Positions 45,026 through 55,733 are shown, numbered from the stretch's first letter. The stretch is DNA of 63,852 bases from Gemmatimonadales bacterium (GCA_041615815.1 JBFJCP010000027.1:1-63852), one strand, 5' to 3'. Notes: generated from the sequence alone by a model not told the origin. Made by a program: numbers and translations.

Positions 45026-46076
45026 GCGGCTGGATCCTGCAATCTTCAACCTCCCGGTCGAAAAGATGCGCTCGGGGTATTACTCCGACAAATACTTCTT
45101 ACGCACCAGGGAGGTACTACTCGCCGATCATCACCACCCTTCAGTGCTCATGCAGGTCTTCTGTAAGTCGGAGGCTTACCTCGGGGGGATCGATGAGGCC
45201 ATCGCGATTCTGAAACTGTGTGCCGATTCGTGGGAAGACCTCTCCGTCCGCGCGCTGTACGACGGGGACGAGATCGAGCCGTGGGAGACGGTGATGACGA
45301 TCGAGGGGCCCTACGATGCCTTTGCCCATCTGGAGACCCTCTACCTGGGTGTGTTGGCGCGACGCACCCGAGTCGGCACCAATACCAGAAGGGTGGTGGA
45401 CGCGGCAAAGCCGAAGGAGGTGATGTTCTTCCCCGCGCGCCATGATCACTGGTTGGTGCAGACCGGGGATGGATATGCCGCGCACATCGCCGGAGCCATT
45501 GGTGTTTCCACCGACGCACAGGCCTCGTGGTGGGGGAGCGAAGGGATCGGAACCGTGCCCCACGGGGTGATCGCTGCCTACGGCGGTGATACCGTGCTCG
45601 CGACCGTGAAGTTCGCCGAGTTTATGCCAGAGCATGTGCGTGTCATCAGCCTCGTCGACTTCGACAATGACTGTGTGGCAACGTCGTTGGCTTGCGCGCG
45701 GGCGCTGGGAGAGCGTCTGTACGGGGTGCGGTTGGATACGTCGCACACCATGGTAGATCAGTCGGTGATCCCGCAGATGGGGAGTTTCATCCCCACAGGA
45801 GTGAATCCGCAATTGGTGTGGAACGTGCGCCGGGCATTGGACGCGGAGGGGTTCCAGCACATCAAGATCGTCGCATCGGGTGGCTTCAGCGTGGACAAGA
45901 TCCGGGATTTCGAGCGCCAGGAAGTGCCGGTGGACGCGTATGGAGTGGGGTCATCCCTATTCAGAGATCAGGGACGATACGACTTCACGGCGGACGTGGT
46001 GATGTTGACGGGCGAGCCATGCGCCAAAGTGGGCCGCAGCTATCGCCCCAATCCTCGACTCGAGTTGGTGAAGTAA
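45012..46076 (+). CDS. nicotinate/quinolinate phosphoribosyltransferase family protein
   Basis: GYYSDKYF, LETLYLG, ARHDH, GTVPH, VDFDND, GVRLDTS, ASGG, YGVGS. Confidence 0.82.
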   Translation: MARRRRLDPAIFNLPVEKMRSGYYSDKYFLRTREVLLADHHHPSVLMQVFCKSEAYLGGIDEAIAILKLCADSWEDLSVRALYDGDEIEPWETVMTIEGPYDAFAHLETLYLGVLARRTRVGTNTRRVVDAAKPKEVMFFPARHDHWLVQTGDGYAAHIAGAIGVSTDAQASWWGSEGIGTVPHGVIAAYGGDTVLATVKFAEFMPEHVRVISLVDFDNDCVATSLACARALGERLYGVRLDTSHTMVDQSVIPQMGSFIPTGVNPQLVWNVRRALDAEGFQHIKIVASGGFSVDKIRDFERQEVPVDAYGVGSSLFRDQGRYDFTADVVMLTGEPCAKVGRSYRPNPRLELVK

Positions 46077-46112
46077 AACTCCAATGTGTTCGAGCCCTTG
46101 ATACCCTTCTGC

Positions 46113-46140
46113 TTGCTGAGTTCTTTCCTCTTGATACGAT
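46113..46140 (+). promoter_or_regulatory. internal sigma70-type promoter overlapped by CTTGATAC direct repeats
   Basis: TTGCTG, 16 nt spacer, TGA-TACGAT; CTTGATAC at 46097-46104 and 46130-46137. Confidence 0.4.
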
Positions 46141-46155
46141 GTTGACGATCGCGAA

Positions 46156-47190
46156 GTGACCAGGCAGCTCCCCCTACCCCCCTTCTTCGACCCGGCTAGG
46201 GTCGGCGATGTTTGGCGAGTGGACTACGAAGGCCGCGCTCGCGAGGCGGAGGAGTGGGCTACGAAACATGGCATTCGCGCGGCGTCGACGGACGAGAGCC
46301 GGGTTTGCCTCCTCCTCGTCGATTGCCAGAATACGTTTTGCATACCAGGCTACGAGCTGTTCGTGGCTGGTCGCAGCGGAAGCGGAGCGGTCGAGGACAA
46401 TGTACGCTTATCCGAGTTCATTTATCGGAATCTCGGCGCCATTACCACGATCATTCCGACGCTGGATACGCATACAGCGCTCCAGATCTTCCATCCCATC
46501 TTCTGGATCGACGAGGCGGGAAACCACCCCGAGGGTGGCCGGACCGTGATTACGGCTGACGACGTGGAGCGAGGTCGGTGGCGCGTGAACCCGGAGATGG
46601 CGCGGTCGGTCGCCGCCGGAGATGCCGAGTGGCTCGAACGGTATGCCCGACACTACGTGCAAACGCTGGGCAATGGTCGCTATCCGCTCATGGTGTGGCC
46701 GTATCACGCCATGGTGGGTGGTCTCGGGCACGCCCTCGTTTCGGCCATCGAGGAGGCCGTCTTCTTTCACAGTATTGCCAGGCGCACCGCGACGTCCTTT
46801 GAAGTCAAAGGCAACAATCCCTTGACGGAGAATTACTCGGCACTGAGTCCAGAGGTCACGGCCGGCCCCGATGGCCGGGCGGTGGCCGACCGAAACGCCG
46901 GATTCGTGGAGCGCCTGATCGCGTTCGATGCCGTGGTCGTGGCTGGTCAGGCCAAGAGCCACTGCGTGGCATGGACGGTCCACGACCTTCTGGAAGAGAT
47001 GCGTTCCCGTGATCCGCGCCTCCCAGAGAAAGTGTACCTGTTGGACGATTGTACCTCCCCTGTCGTCGTGCCGGAGGTCGTGGATTTTACCGACCAGGCG
47101 GACGCGGCCTTCGCCCGCTTTGCGGCCGCCGGGATGCATGTGGTGAAATCGACCGACGCGCTTCCGGTGTGGCAACGGCTCGAGGTGTAG
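46156..47190 (+). CDS. isochorismatase/nicotinamidase-family cysteine hydrolase
   Basis: VDCQNTFC, TLDTH, WPYH, KGNNPLTENYS, AGQAKSHCV. Confidence 0.8.
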   Translation: MTRQLPLPPFFDPARVGDVWRVDYEGRAREAEEWATKHGIRAASTDESRVCLLLVDCQNTFCIPGYELFVAGRSGSGAVEDNVRLSEFIYRNLGAITTIIPTLDTHTALQIFHPIFWIDEAGNHPEGGRTVITADDVERGRWRVNPEMARSVAAGDAEWLERYARHYVQTLGNGRYPLMVWPYHAMVGGLGHALVSAIEEAVFFHSIARRTATSFEVKGNNPLTENYSALSPEVTAGPDGRAVADRNAGFVERLIAFDAVVVAGQAKSHCVAWTVHDLLEEMRSRDPRLPEKVYLLDDCTSPVVVPEVVDFTDQADAAFARFAAAGMHVVKSTDALPVWQRLEV

Positions 47191-48314
47191 TGGACGATCT
47201 CGAACGCCACGGGGGGCGGGCAGCGATCGCGCCGGATTTTGGGCGGTTCTTCCTTCCAGGACCCACCGAGGTGCATCCGGACATCCTGCAGGCGATGACG
47301 CGGCCCATGATCGCGCATCGGGGGCGGGACATGGTGCAGCTCCTCAGCGAGCTGGAAACTCCACTCAAGGGCCTCTTTCGCAGTGAACGACGCCCGCTCA
47401 TCGGCACCTGCGCCGCCACAGGCTTCATGGAGATGGCGGTCCGATCCGGGGTGAGGCATCGGGCGCTGTCGTTGGTCGGAGGCGCCTTTGGTGCACGGTT
47501 CGCCGCCATTGTTGCCGCCACGGGACGAGACGTCGTCAGGCTGAACGTGCCCTTGGGCGAAGTGGTCGAGCCATCCATGTTGTACGATGCGCTCAAACGA
47601 ACGGACGTCGACGCCGTGACGATGGTCCACTCGGAGACGTCCACGGGCGCGTTGGCTCCAGTGGAGGAACTGACTGCCGTGATCCGGGAGTTCGACGACG
47701 TAGTGGTGCTCGTGGATGCGGTGACGTCGCTCGGGGGGTCGCCAGTGGAATCCGATGCCTGGGACCTCGACTTCGTCTTTACCGGTTCGCAAAAAGCTCT
47801 GGCACTTCCGCCTGGCCTCGCCCTTGGTGTGGCATCGGATCGGATGCTCGAACGCGCCAAGCGAATCCCCGAGCGCGGCATGTATCTCGACTTGGTGGCG
47901 TTCGACAAAGCCGCTGGAGATGCTCAGCCAACCAACACACCGGCGATCTCTCTGTTCTATGCGTTGCAGGCGCAGATGAGCCGCATTGCCGCTGCCGGCG
48001 GTGTCGAAGCACGATGGAAGCGCCACGAGAGCATGCGAGCGCGGGTGGAGCGGTGGATCGATGGCCGTGGGGGAGAGCTCGGTTTTCAATACCTGCCGGC
48101 TGCCGGCCGCCGTTCGTGGACCATCTCCTGTCTCCGAGTTCCCGAGGGGGCGCGCAGCCGAGATATCGTGCGTACCATGGCGGAGCTGGGTTGGACAATC
48201 GGGACGGGGTACGCGGAACTGAAGGAAGGCACCATCCGCATCGGCCATATGGGAGATCATACCCCGGAACGGGTGGACGAGTTGTTGCGGGACCTGGCAC
48301 AGGTTGCCTCGTGA
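47190..48314 (+). CDS. class V aminotransferase (likely the phosphoserine aminotransferase partner of serA)
   Basis: PGPTEV, HSETSTG, VDAVTS, GSQKALALPPG, RIGHMG; GTG start overlaps upstream TAG. Confidence 0.85.
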   Translation: MDDLERHGGRAAIAPDFGRFFLPGPTEVHPDILQAMTRPMIAHRGRDMVQLLSELETPLKGLFRSERRPLIGTCAATGFMEMAVRSGVRHRALSLVGGAFGARFAAIVAATGRDVVRLNVPLGEVVEPSMLYDALKRTDVDAVTMVHSETSTGALAPVEELTAVIREFDDVVVLVDAVTSLGGSPVESDAWDLDFVFTGSQKALALPPGLALGVASDRMLERAKRIPERGMYLDLVAFDKAAGDAQPTNTPAISLFYALQAQMSRIAAAGGVEARWKRHESMRARVERWIDGRGGELGFQYLPAAGRRSWTISCLRVPEGARSRDIVRTMAELGWTIGTGYAELKEGTIRIGHMGDHTPERVDELLRDLAQVAS

Positions 48315-49909
48315 CATATCTCGTTGTGGTTGCTGATCGAATCGCGGACCGGGGGTTCGCGCTCCTCCGCGAAGTCCCGGAGTTGGAGGTCGTGTCCACG
48401 GTTGACGCGCCACAACGGCTCCCCGAGGTGCTCTCCCGCGCTCACGCCCTTGTGGTCCGATCCGAGACCCGTGTGACCGATGAACTCATGGCCGGCGCCC
48501 CGTCGCTCTCGGTCATCGGACGTGCCGGGATCGGTGTCGACAACATCGATGTAGCCGCCGCCACGCGTCGAGGAATCGCGGTGCTCAATGCTCCCGGAGC
48601 AAACACGGTGAGCGCGGCCGAACACACCATCGCGCTGCTGCTGGCCCTGGTGCGCCACATCCCGTGGGCCGTCGAGTGCATGCGGCGCGGTGGGTGGGAA
48701 CGGAAGCGCTTTGCCGGAGTAGAGCTCCGAGGCAAGACCCTGGGCGTGGTGGGACTGGGTCGGATTGGGGCCACGGTGACGCAACTCGCCCGCGCCTTTG
48801 GGATGACAGTCGTTGGGCACGATCCCTATTTGCCTGCGGACCGGGCCCGGACGCTCGGGGTCGAGCTGCTGCCGTTGGACGACGCCTTGCAGCGTGCCGA
48901 TTTCGTAACGCTCCACCTGCCGCTGACCGACGACACGCGCTATCTCCTGGATCGAGAGCGTTTGGCACTGCTGAAGCCGGATGCGGTGTTGATCAACACC
49001 GCTCGTGGCGACCTGATCGACACCGACGCGTTGATGGAGGCCCTCGAGCAGGGACGTTTGGCGGGTGCAGCGCTCGACGTGTTCGAGGTCGAACCCCTGC
49101 CCGACGACTCGCCGTTGAGACGGTCGGACCGGGTGTTATTAACCCCGCATTTGGCCGCGTCCACGGCGGAGGCACAGGCCCGAGTGGCTCACGAGATCTG
49201 TGCCGCCGTGCGGGATGCGCTCGTCACGGGCGCTGTGGGAGGTGCCGTGAATCTGCCCGGTGTCTCACGCGAGGCGCTTCTCAGGCTACGAGGAGTGCTG
49301 GACTTGGCCCGGCGCCTGGGTCGATTGGCGGCGGCGATCGCCCGGGGGGCGGTCAATCGGGTCGAGGTGGCATACGGTGGACAGGATGAAGCGGCGCCGC
49401 GTCCCACGATGCTCGCTGCGGTGGAGGGGGCGTTGAGCGCGATGGGAGTGGGCCCGGTGAGCCTGGTGAACGCGGCCACACTCGCACGAGATCGTGGAAT
49501 AACCGTGGAGCGTCGTGTGGGAAATGCAGTGGCGGGATTCGAGACGACGATCGGCGTCAACGTCCGAACGGCGACACGCGACGTGTTGGTGGTGGGCGCC
49601 GTCATTGGCGAGCACCTGGGCCGAATCATTCAGATCGACGATTTCACGGTCGATATCCCGGCAGAACGGCATGTGGTCGTTCTGCGCAATCGCGACGTGC
49701 CCGGGGTGATCGGCCGGGTTGGCAGCGCCTTGGGAGAAGCCAAGATCAATATTGCCTCATACCATCAGTCACGGCTCGAGCATCCCGGGTCCGAGGCCCT
49801 CGCAGCCATCGTGGTAGACGAGCCACCGGAGCCCGAGATATTGGAGCGGCTGGAACAACTACAAGACGTGGTGGAAGTGCGCTTTGCCAATCTCGACGGC
49901 ACAGCCTGA
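48311..49909 (+). CDS. serA: D-3-phosphoglycerate dehydrogenase
   Basis: RAGIGVDNID, SAAEH, GLGRIG, NTARG, TPHLAAST, C-terminal ACT domain (NRDVPGVIG...INIA). Confidence 0.93.
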   Translation: MTYLVVVADRIADRGFALLREVPELEVVSTVDAPQRLPEVLSRAHALVVRSETRVTDELMAGAPSLSVIGRAGIGVDNIDVAAATRRGIAVLNAPGANTVSAAEHTIALLLALVRHIPWAVECMRRGGWERKRFAGVELRGKTLGVVGLGRIGATVTQLARAFGMTVVGHDPYLPADRARTLGVELLPLDDALQRADFVTLHLPLTDDTRYLLDRERLALLKPDAVLINTARGDLIDTDALMEALEQGRLAGAALDVFEVEPLPDDSPLRRSDRVLLTPHLAASTAEAQARVAHEICAAVRDALVTGAVGGAVNLPGVSREALLRLRGVLDLARRLGRLAAAIARGAVNRVEVAYGGQDEAAPRPTMLAAVEGALSAMGVGPVSLVNAATLARDRGITVERRVGNAVAGFETTIGVNVRTATRDVLVVGAVIGEHLGRIIQIDDFTVDIPAERHVVVLRNRDVPGVIGRVGSALGEAKINIASYHQSRLEHPGSEALAAIVVDEPPEPEILERLEQLQDVVEVRFANLDGTA

Positions 49910-49941
49910 ACCCGGCCCTCGCCCAATCCCTTCCCGCCTTC

Positions 49942-52062
49942 TCAGTCGATCGGCGATACCGAAACTCCCGACACACGGCGGACGTCCCGTCCCACGGTAA
50001 ACGAACTCACCGCGGACGTGAGGCGCTCGGCGGACTCCGCGAGATGGGAGGCGGAACTCGCAATCTCCTGGGTGGAGGCACTCTGTTCTTGCGCGGACGC
50101 GGCAATCTCTTCCGCGGCGGCCACCACGCCTTCCGTGCCCTGGGCGAGCACCTCGAGCCTGCGCGTGATCCCTTCCACGAGTCGTCGGAGGTCGGAGGCC
50201 GCCCGAGAGATGTCGTCGGTCCACTCACTGGTCTCCCCTGCCGCGTGCGCCACGTCGGCCAGACCGGCGGCGGCCGACTCGGCAATCTCCCGCACGGCGC
50301 TGCTCGATTCGACGAGACGTGAGAGTCGATCGGTGGTCGCTTCTACCGTCGCCAACACGTTGCGCACCGTCTCCGAGGTCGCCGCCGCCGCACGCGAAGC
50401 TTGTGTCGCCAGTTTGCGGACTTCGTCGGCGACCACGGCGAACCCTCGGGTCTCACCGCCACCGGCCCGAGATGCTTCGATCGCGGCGTTGAGGGCCAAC
50501 ATGTTCGTCTGCGCGCCGATTTCACGCGCCTGCTTGACGAAGCTCTGAATCTCTTCCGACATTCGAGCGAGCGCCTGGGCATCCTCGGCACCTTGCTCCA
50601 AGTCACTGGCCAGACGCCGAAGGAGTTCGCCTCCGCTCACCAAGCGCTCACGGTGGCCCGACGCCAACTCGGTGAGCGCGGAGCTCCGTGATGCCGCCTC
50701 CCGCGCGCCGCCGGCCAAGTTGGTGGCGATCTGCAGAATATGGGCGGCCTCCGCCGCCGCCTCCCGCACGGTATTGGCTTCCTCGGTAGCCTGCGCCGTG
50801 AGGCTTTGACAGGTATTGGCCATTTCCTGGGTGGACGCGGACATCTCTTCGGTGCTCGCCGAGATCTCCTGCGCCATGGCTGCTGATTCCTCGGACGCCG
50901 AGCGAATCTGCCCCACGAGGGTGCGCAACGCCTGAACCATCGCCTCCACCGATTGGAGAAGCTCTTCGACTTCCCGCGCGCCAGCAGCCCGCTCCGTGAC
51001 GGAGAGCGAGAGGTCGCCGTCGGCCACGCGACGCGTCACGATTCCGGCCGCCTGTACCGGTCGGGTGATGCGCCGGTGTAACCAGGACGAGAGCCACAGC
51101 ATGATGGTGAGGACCAAGGCGAGAAGGATTCCGGACCCCGTGATGATGACCCGTTGAATGGCCACCGCTCCGGTGCTCGTGTCGGCAGATTCCCTCACCA
51201 CTACCCACCATCTCCCGGCATTCGCGGGGCTCGAGGCCACGAACTGCGAGGAGCCGCGCCCCCGGAGGACGCGAACGGATGTTTGGGTTTCCCGTGGGAT
51301 CGCGCCGGCATCGGGAAGCGGTTGCAGGAGCCGACTGGGGTCCGCCGCCGCCACGACGCGCCCGGCGGCGTCCACCAAGTGCACCTCGATCGCTACCGTA
51401 TCCCGCGGAGCGGCAAGGAGGAACGCTAATCGGGATAAGTCGAGGACGCCCTTGACCACCCCCAGCGCTTCCCCCGACTGAGCGGCTTCGATGCGCATCG
51501 CCATACCTAGAGCCGCTGTTCCCGCCGATTCGTCGAATTCCGGCTCGTCCTGAAACTCACCGATCTCGAACGCCCGCTGCCACCACTCTTCGTCGGACTG
51601 TACGAAATCGCTCGTCGGGTTGCTACGTCCCACGATGAAGCCGTGGCGTTCGGTAAAGAACACCTCCGCGAAATCCGAATCGTCCCGGACCCGGGCAAGG
51701 AACGCGTCCAGTTGCGCGTCCGGTTGGAAGGCACCGGTAGAGGCGAAGCGACTCTCGAGGTCTGGGATCGCGAGGGCGTCGAGTCCTTGGGCCGTCGCTT
51801 GCAGACCCCGGGTTCGGGCGTGCTCGATGACGGCGGGGACACTGACGAGGAGGCGCAGGGATGCCCACCGCTCGCGCAGATAGAGATCGACGGTCTCCGC
51901 GCTTCGCTGGGCCGCCGTCGCCGTCGTTCGGGCACTGGCGTCCTCGAGCTGGCGCGTGGCAAGCCGCACGGCGATGAACGCCGCAACGATGATGGTGAGC
52001 GCAGCGAGGGGCGCCCCGACGAGGAGCACTCGCCGCCGTAGATCGGCCGACTGTTCGGGCAT
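49942..52062 (-). CDS. methyl-accepting chemotaxis protein (TM, Cache-like, TM, HAMP, MA)
   Basis: Two TM helices, DEEWWQ Cache-like motif, HAMP (ITRPV...GDL), QTNMLALNAAIEA...GFAVVADEVRKLA. Confidence 0.9.
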   Translation of the reverse strand: MPEQSADLRRRVLLVGAPLAALTIIVAAFIAVRLATRQLEDASARTTATAAQRSAETVDLYLRERWASLRLLVSVPAVIEHARTRGLQATAQGLDALAIPDLESRFASTGAFQPDAQLDAFLARVRDDSDFAEVFFTERHGFIVGRSNPTSDFVQSDEEWWQRAFEIGEFQDEPEFDESAGTAALGMAMRIEAAQSGEALGVVKGVLDLSRLAFLLAAPRDTVAIEVHLVDAAGRVVAAADPSRLLQPLPDAGAIPRETQTSVRVLRGRGSSQFVASSPANAGRWWVVVRESADTSTGAVAIQRVIITGSGILLALVLTIMLWLSSWLHRRITRPVQAAGIVTRRVADGDLSLSVTERAAGAREVEELLQSVEAMVQALRTLVGQIRSASEESAAMAQEISASTEEMSASTQEMANTCQSLTAQATEEANTVREAAAEAAHILQIATNLAGGAREAASRSSALTELASGHRERLVSGGELLRRLASDLEQGAEDAQALARMSEEIQSFVKQAREIGAQTNMLALNAAIEASRAGGGETRGFAVVADEVRKLATQASRAAAATSETVRNVLATVEATTDRLSRLVESSSAVREIAESAAAGLADVAHAAGETSEWTDDISRAASDLRRLVEGITRRLEVLAQGTEGVVAAAEEIAASAQEQSASTQEIASSASHLAESAERLTSAVSSFTVGRDVRRVSGVSVSPID

Positions 52063-52123
52063 ACGGAACGCCAAGCTACGGGAGGCTACCAGGGGCGGCA
52101 AGCCATGGTAGATTTCGCAGGTT

Positions 52124-54577
52124 ATGAGCGAGCCGAAAACCGACATCGCGACGTACGCGCCACAGGCCGTCGAGGCCAAGTGGCAACGGCAGTGGGAGGA
52201 GTGGCGTACCAACGCGCTCGACCTCGCCGATGCCGAGCGTCCGTACTACAACCTCATGATGTTCCCGTATCCCTCCGCCGAGGGGCTCCACGTTGGAAAC
52301 GTCTTCGCCTTTCTCGGGGTCGACATCCACGGTCGCTTTCGCCGCCTTCAGGGATGGGACGTGTTCGAGCCAATCGGATTCGACGCCTTCGGGATTCACT
52401 CCGAGAACTATGCGCTCCAGGTAAACGCCCACCCGGGCAAGCTGATCCCCAGCAACATTGCGCGCTTTCGTGAGCAGTTGAAGCGAATTGGCTTGATGCT
52501 CAATTGGGATCACGAGCTTTCGACGACGGATCCAGCCTACTACAAGTGGACGCAGTGGGTCTTCCTCCAGCTGTACCGGGCGGGGCTGGCGGAAAAGAAA
52601 CGGGCGCCCGTGAACTGGTGTCCCGAGTGCAAGACCGTGCTCGCCAACGAGCAGGTCATTGACGGTTACTGCGAGCGCCACCGGGGAGTCCGGGTCCACC
52701 AGAAGTTCCTCGAGCAGTGGTTCTTTCGAATCACCGAGTACGCCGAGCGACTCCTCGCCAACCTGGACTGGATCGACTGGTCCGAGTCCACGCGGTCCAT
52801 GCAGCGCAATTGGATTGGGCGTTCGGAGGGGGCCGAATTGGTCTTCGAGACCCCCACCGGACACCGAATCCGGGTCTACACCACGCGTCCCGACACCGTC
52901 TTCGGCGCCACGTACATGGTGTTGGCGCCCGAGCATCCACTGGTGGAACGCCTCACGACCCATGAACAGCTCGCGGTCGTTCGCGAGTACCGACGGGCGG
53001 CGGTTGCGAAAGACATCGTGAGTCGGAAAGTCGGCTCGCGCGAGAAGACCGGCGTCTTCACCGGTTCCTATGCGCGGAATCCTGCCACCGGGGAGTCTAT
53101 ACCGGTGTGGGTGGCCGATTACGTGCTCATGGAATATGGGACCGGGGCGATCATGGCGGTTCCGGCGCACGATGAACGCGATTTCGAGTTCGCGAAGACC
53201 TTCGACCTCGCGGTGCGCCAGGTCGTATCGCTCTCAGCGCCCGGGCAAACCGAGCTGCCGTTCACCTCCTGGGACGGTGTGCTCGTCAATTCAGGTCAGT
53301 TTGACGGCATGCCGTGTGCGGAGGCGGTGGGCGCGATCACCGATTGGCTCGCGGAGCGGGATCTCGCCTCCCGTCAGACCCAGTATCGGCTCCACGATTG
53401 GTGTATCTCTCGGCAGCGCTATTGGGGACCACCCATTCCGATCATTCACTGCGACGCGTGTGGCACGGTTCCGGTGCCGGAGGCGGATCTCCCGGTACTC
53501 CTCCCGGAGGTCGACGACTTCCGGCCGGACGAATCGGGCACCTCGCCGCTGGCCCGCCACGAAGACTGGTACCGCGTGGCATGTCCCACGTGCGGAGCCA
53601 CGGCACGTCGCGAAACGGATGTGTCGGACACCTTCCTCGACTCGGGATGGTACTTCCTGCGGTATCCATCGTCGGACGTCAACGACCGCCCGTTCGATCC
53701 CGCGCTCACCGCCAAGTGGCTGCCGGTCGATTCCTACATCGGCGGGAACGAACATGCTGTCCTGCATCTCTTATACGCACGGTTTCTGACAATGGCGCTT
53801 CATGACCTCGGGCATTTCGAGTTCGAGGAGCCCTTCTTACGCTTCCGCGCGCACGGCACCATTGTGAAGGACGGCGCGAAGATGTCCAAGTCGCGGGGTA
53901 ACGTCGTGATCCCCGATGAGTATATCGCCCAGTGGGGTGCCGACACCTTCCGGCTCTACCTGATGTTCCTTGGACCGTACCAGGAAGGCGGCGACTTCCG
54001 TGACGAGGGCATTGTGGGTGTCCGCCGGTTCCTGGATAAGATCTGGGGGCTCGTCACAGCCGCTGGCCACGAACCAGATGGTTCGGAGTCACCCGAGGCG
54101 CGGCGGAAACTGCACCAGACCATCCGCAAGGTGACGACGGATCTCGAAGAGCTCCGCTACAACACAGCAATCGCCGCGATGATGGAATACGTCAACGTGC
54201 TCCGAGGTATGGTCAGTGAGGAAGACGGTGCGGAGCCCCGGGTGCCAATCGGGCTCCTGGATCCCCTCGTGGTGTTACTGGCGCCGATCGCGCCGCACTT
54301 TGCGGAAGAATGCTGGCAGCGGCTGGGAAATACGAAAAGCGTGTTCACTGCGGATTGGCCCAGCTACGACGAGGCACTGGCGCAGGAAGAAGAGGTGGAG
54401 CTCGTCGTCCAGGTGAACGGGAAGGTCCGAGGCCGGCTGCGTGTGGCTGCCGGGATCGATGAGGCCGCGGCCGTCGATAAGGCCCTCGAAGACGCCGCCG
54501 TGCAACGGGCTGTTGGGGACAAACCGGTGCGGCGAACGGTCTTTGTCCAGGACCGGTTGGTGAACCTCGTCGTGTAG
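52124..54577 (+). CDS. leuS: leucine--tRNA ligase
   Basis: MFPYPS...HVGN (HIGH), TTRPDT, SRQRYWG, KMSKS, VQVNGKVR. Confidence 0.97.
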   Translation: MSEPKTDIATYAPQAVEAKWQRQWEEWRTNALDLADAERPYYNLMMFPYPSAEGLHVGNVFAFLGVDIHGRFRRLQGWDVFEPIGFDAFGIHSENYALQVNAHPGKLIPSNIARFREQLKRIGLMLNWDHELSTTDPAYYKWTQWVFLQLYRAGLAEKKRAPVNWCPECKTVLANEQVIDGYCERHRGVRVHQKFLEQWFFRITEYAERLLANLDWIDWSESTRSMQRNWIGRSEGAELVFETPTGHRIRVYTTRPDTVFGATYMVLAPEHPLVERLTTHEQLAVVREYRRAAVAKDIVSRKVGSREKTGVFTGSYARNPATGESIPVWVADYVLMEYGTGAIMAVPAHDERDFEFAKTFDLAVRQVVSLSAPGQTELPFTSWDGVLVNSGQFDGMPCAEAVGAITDWLAERDLASRQTQYRLHDWCISRQRYWGPPIPIIHCDACGTVPVPEADLPVLLPEVDDFRPDESGTSPLARHEDWYRVACPTCGATARRETDVSDTFLDSGWYFLRYPSSDVNDRPFDPALTAKWLPVDSYIGGNEHAVLHLLYARFLTMALHDLGHFEFEEPFLRFRAHGTIVKDGAKMSKSRGNVVIPDEYIAQWGADTFRLYLMFLGPYQEGGDFRDEGIVGVRRFLDKIWGLVTAAGHEPDGSESPEARRKLHQTIRKVTTDLEELRYNTAIAAMMEYVNVLRGMVSEEDGAEPRVPIGLLDPLVVLLAPIAPHFAEECWQRLGNTKSVFTADWPSYDEALAQEEEVELVVQVNGKVRGRLRVAAGIDEAAAVDKALEDAAVQRAVGDKPVRRTVFVQDRLVNLVV

Positions 54578-54605
54578 ACCGCCTGCGGACCTTCCGCTCG
54601 CCCTG

Positions 54606-55733
54606 CTACGCCAGCCACGTGGCCAAGAGATCTCCCACCACGTACCCCACCGCTGCGACTCCCAGCCCCACGAGGAACATGTCCATCCCACTCCGCAAGA
54701 TCCCCCGGCCGGTGAAGACGCTTCGCGCCGCGCCGACGCCAAAGTGGGAGAGCATCGAGACCACAAAGGACGTGGCGATGGCCATGGCCCCGTCGAGCAG
54801 GAAGAACGGGGCCACCGGAATGAGCGCGCCAACGCCCGTGGCCGTGCCGGTGATCCAGCCCTCCCGGAGCGGTGTCGTGTGTGCTTCCCCAATCCGTAGC
54901 TCCTCGCGTACCTTCTCGTCGAGGGCCCGATCGGGATCCTGCATGATGTCACTCGCCATGTGTCGAGCCCGTTCCGGGTCGACGCCCTTGGCTTCGTAGA
55001 GCAGCGCGAGCTCTTCCTCTTCCACGTCCGGCATGAGAGCGAGCTCTTCCCGCTCCATGGCGATCTCGTGGGCGTAGACTTCCCGCTCGCTCTTGGCCGC
55101 GAGAAAGCCCGATGACCCCATCGAGAGCGCGTCCGCGATCATGCCGGCAAGGCCCGACACCATCACGATCTGGGCGTCCACGGATGCACCGACGACTCCG
55201 GCCACTAACCCGAAGTTGGCCGTGAGCCCATCGTTGAAACCGTAAATGACGTTCCGAAGAAACCCACCAGTTTCGGTGCGGTGCCACGGCTCCCCACTCG
55301 CCCCGGCGAGGGTGCTCAGCGTTTCGGCGTGTTCGGCCGATTCCTTGGCAAGGGTGAGTGCCGTTTCACGGGTCGAGCCAGGAGCGCTTTCGCGATAGAG
55401 CTCGAGGTATCCCTTGACCTCGCGCCCCTCTTCCCGAAGCAAGAGGGGCAGTAAGGTCGACGGTCCTGTCCAGCGAGCGAGACGGGCCAGCAGACGGGCT
55501 CTGAGTGACGGAGGAGGAGTGGCGACGGGGTGGCCGTACTCCGCCAAGAGGCTCTGCCACATCCCGACGTGGCGGTCTTCCACCCTGGCGAGCCGCACGT
55601 ACAGATGCCGTTTCTTCGCGTTTTTTTCGGTATCCGCGAGTGCCCGATAGAGGAATGCGGCGTCCGCCTCGTCTCGCAGGTGGTGGAGCCAGCGCTGGAC
55701 GGTCTCTCGTGGGGCTTGGGTCGGGGCGGTCAT
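54606..55733 (-). CDS. VIT1/CCC1 family transporter with N-terminal rubrerythrin/ferritin-like domain
   Basis: DEADAAFLY...EDRH...ESAEH; LRNVIYGFNDGL, ALSMG. Confidence 0.85.
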   Translation of the reverse strand: MTAPTQAPRETVQRWLHHLRDEADAAFLYRALADTEKNAKKRHLYVRLARVEDRHVGMWQSLLAEYGHPVATPPPSLRARLLARLARWTGPSTLLPLLLREEGREVKGYLELYRESAPGSTRETALTLAKESAEHAETLSTLAGASGEPWHRTETGGFLRNVIYGFNDGLTANFGLVAGVVGASVDAQIVMVSGLAGMIADALSMGSSGFLAAKSEREVYAHEIAMEREELALMPDVEEEELALLYEAKGVDPERARHMASDIMQDPDRALDEKVREELRIGEAHTTPLREGWITGTATGVGALIPVAPFFLLDGAMAIATSFVVSMLSHFGVGAARSVFTGRGILRSGMDMFLVGLGVAAVGYVVGDLLATWLA

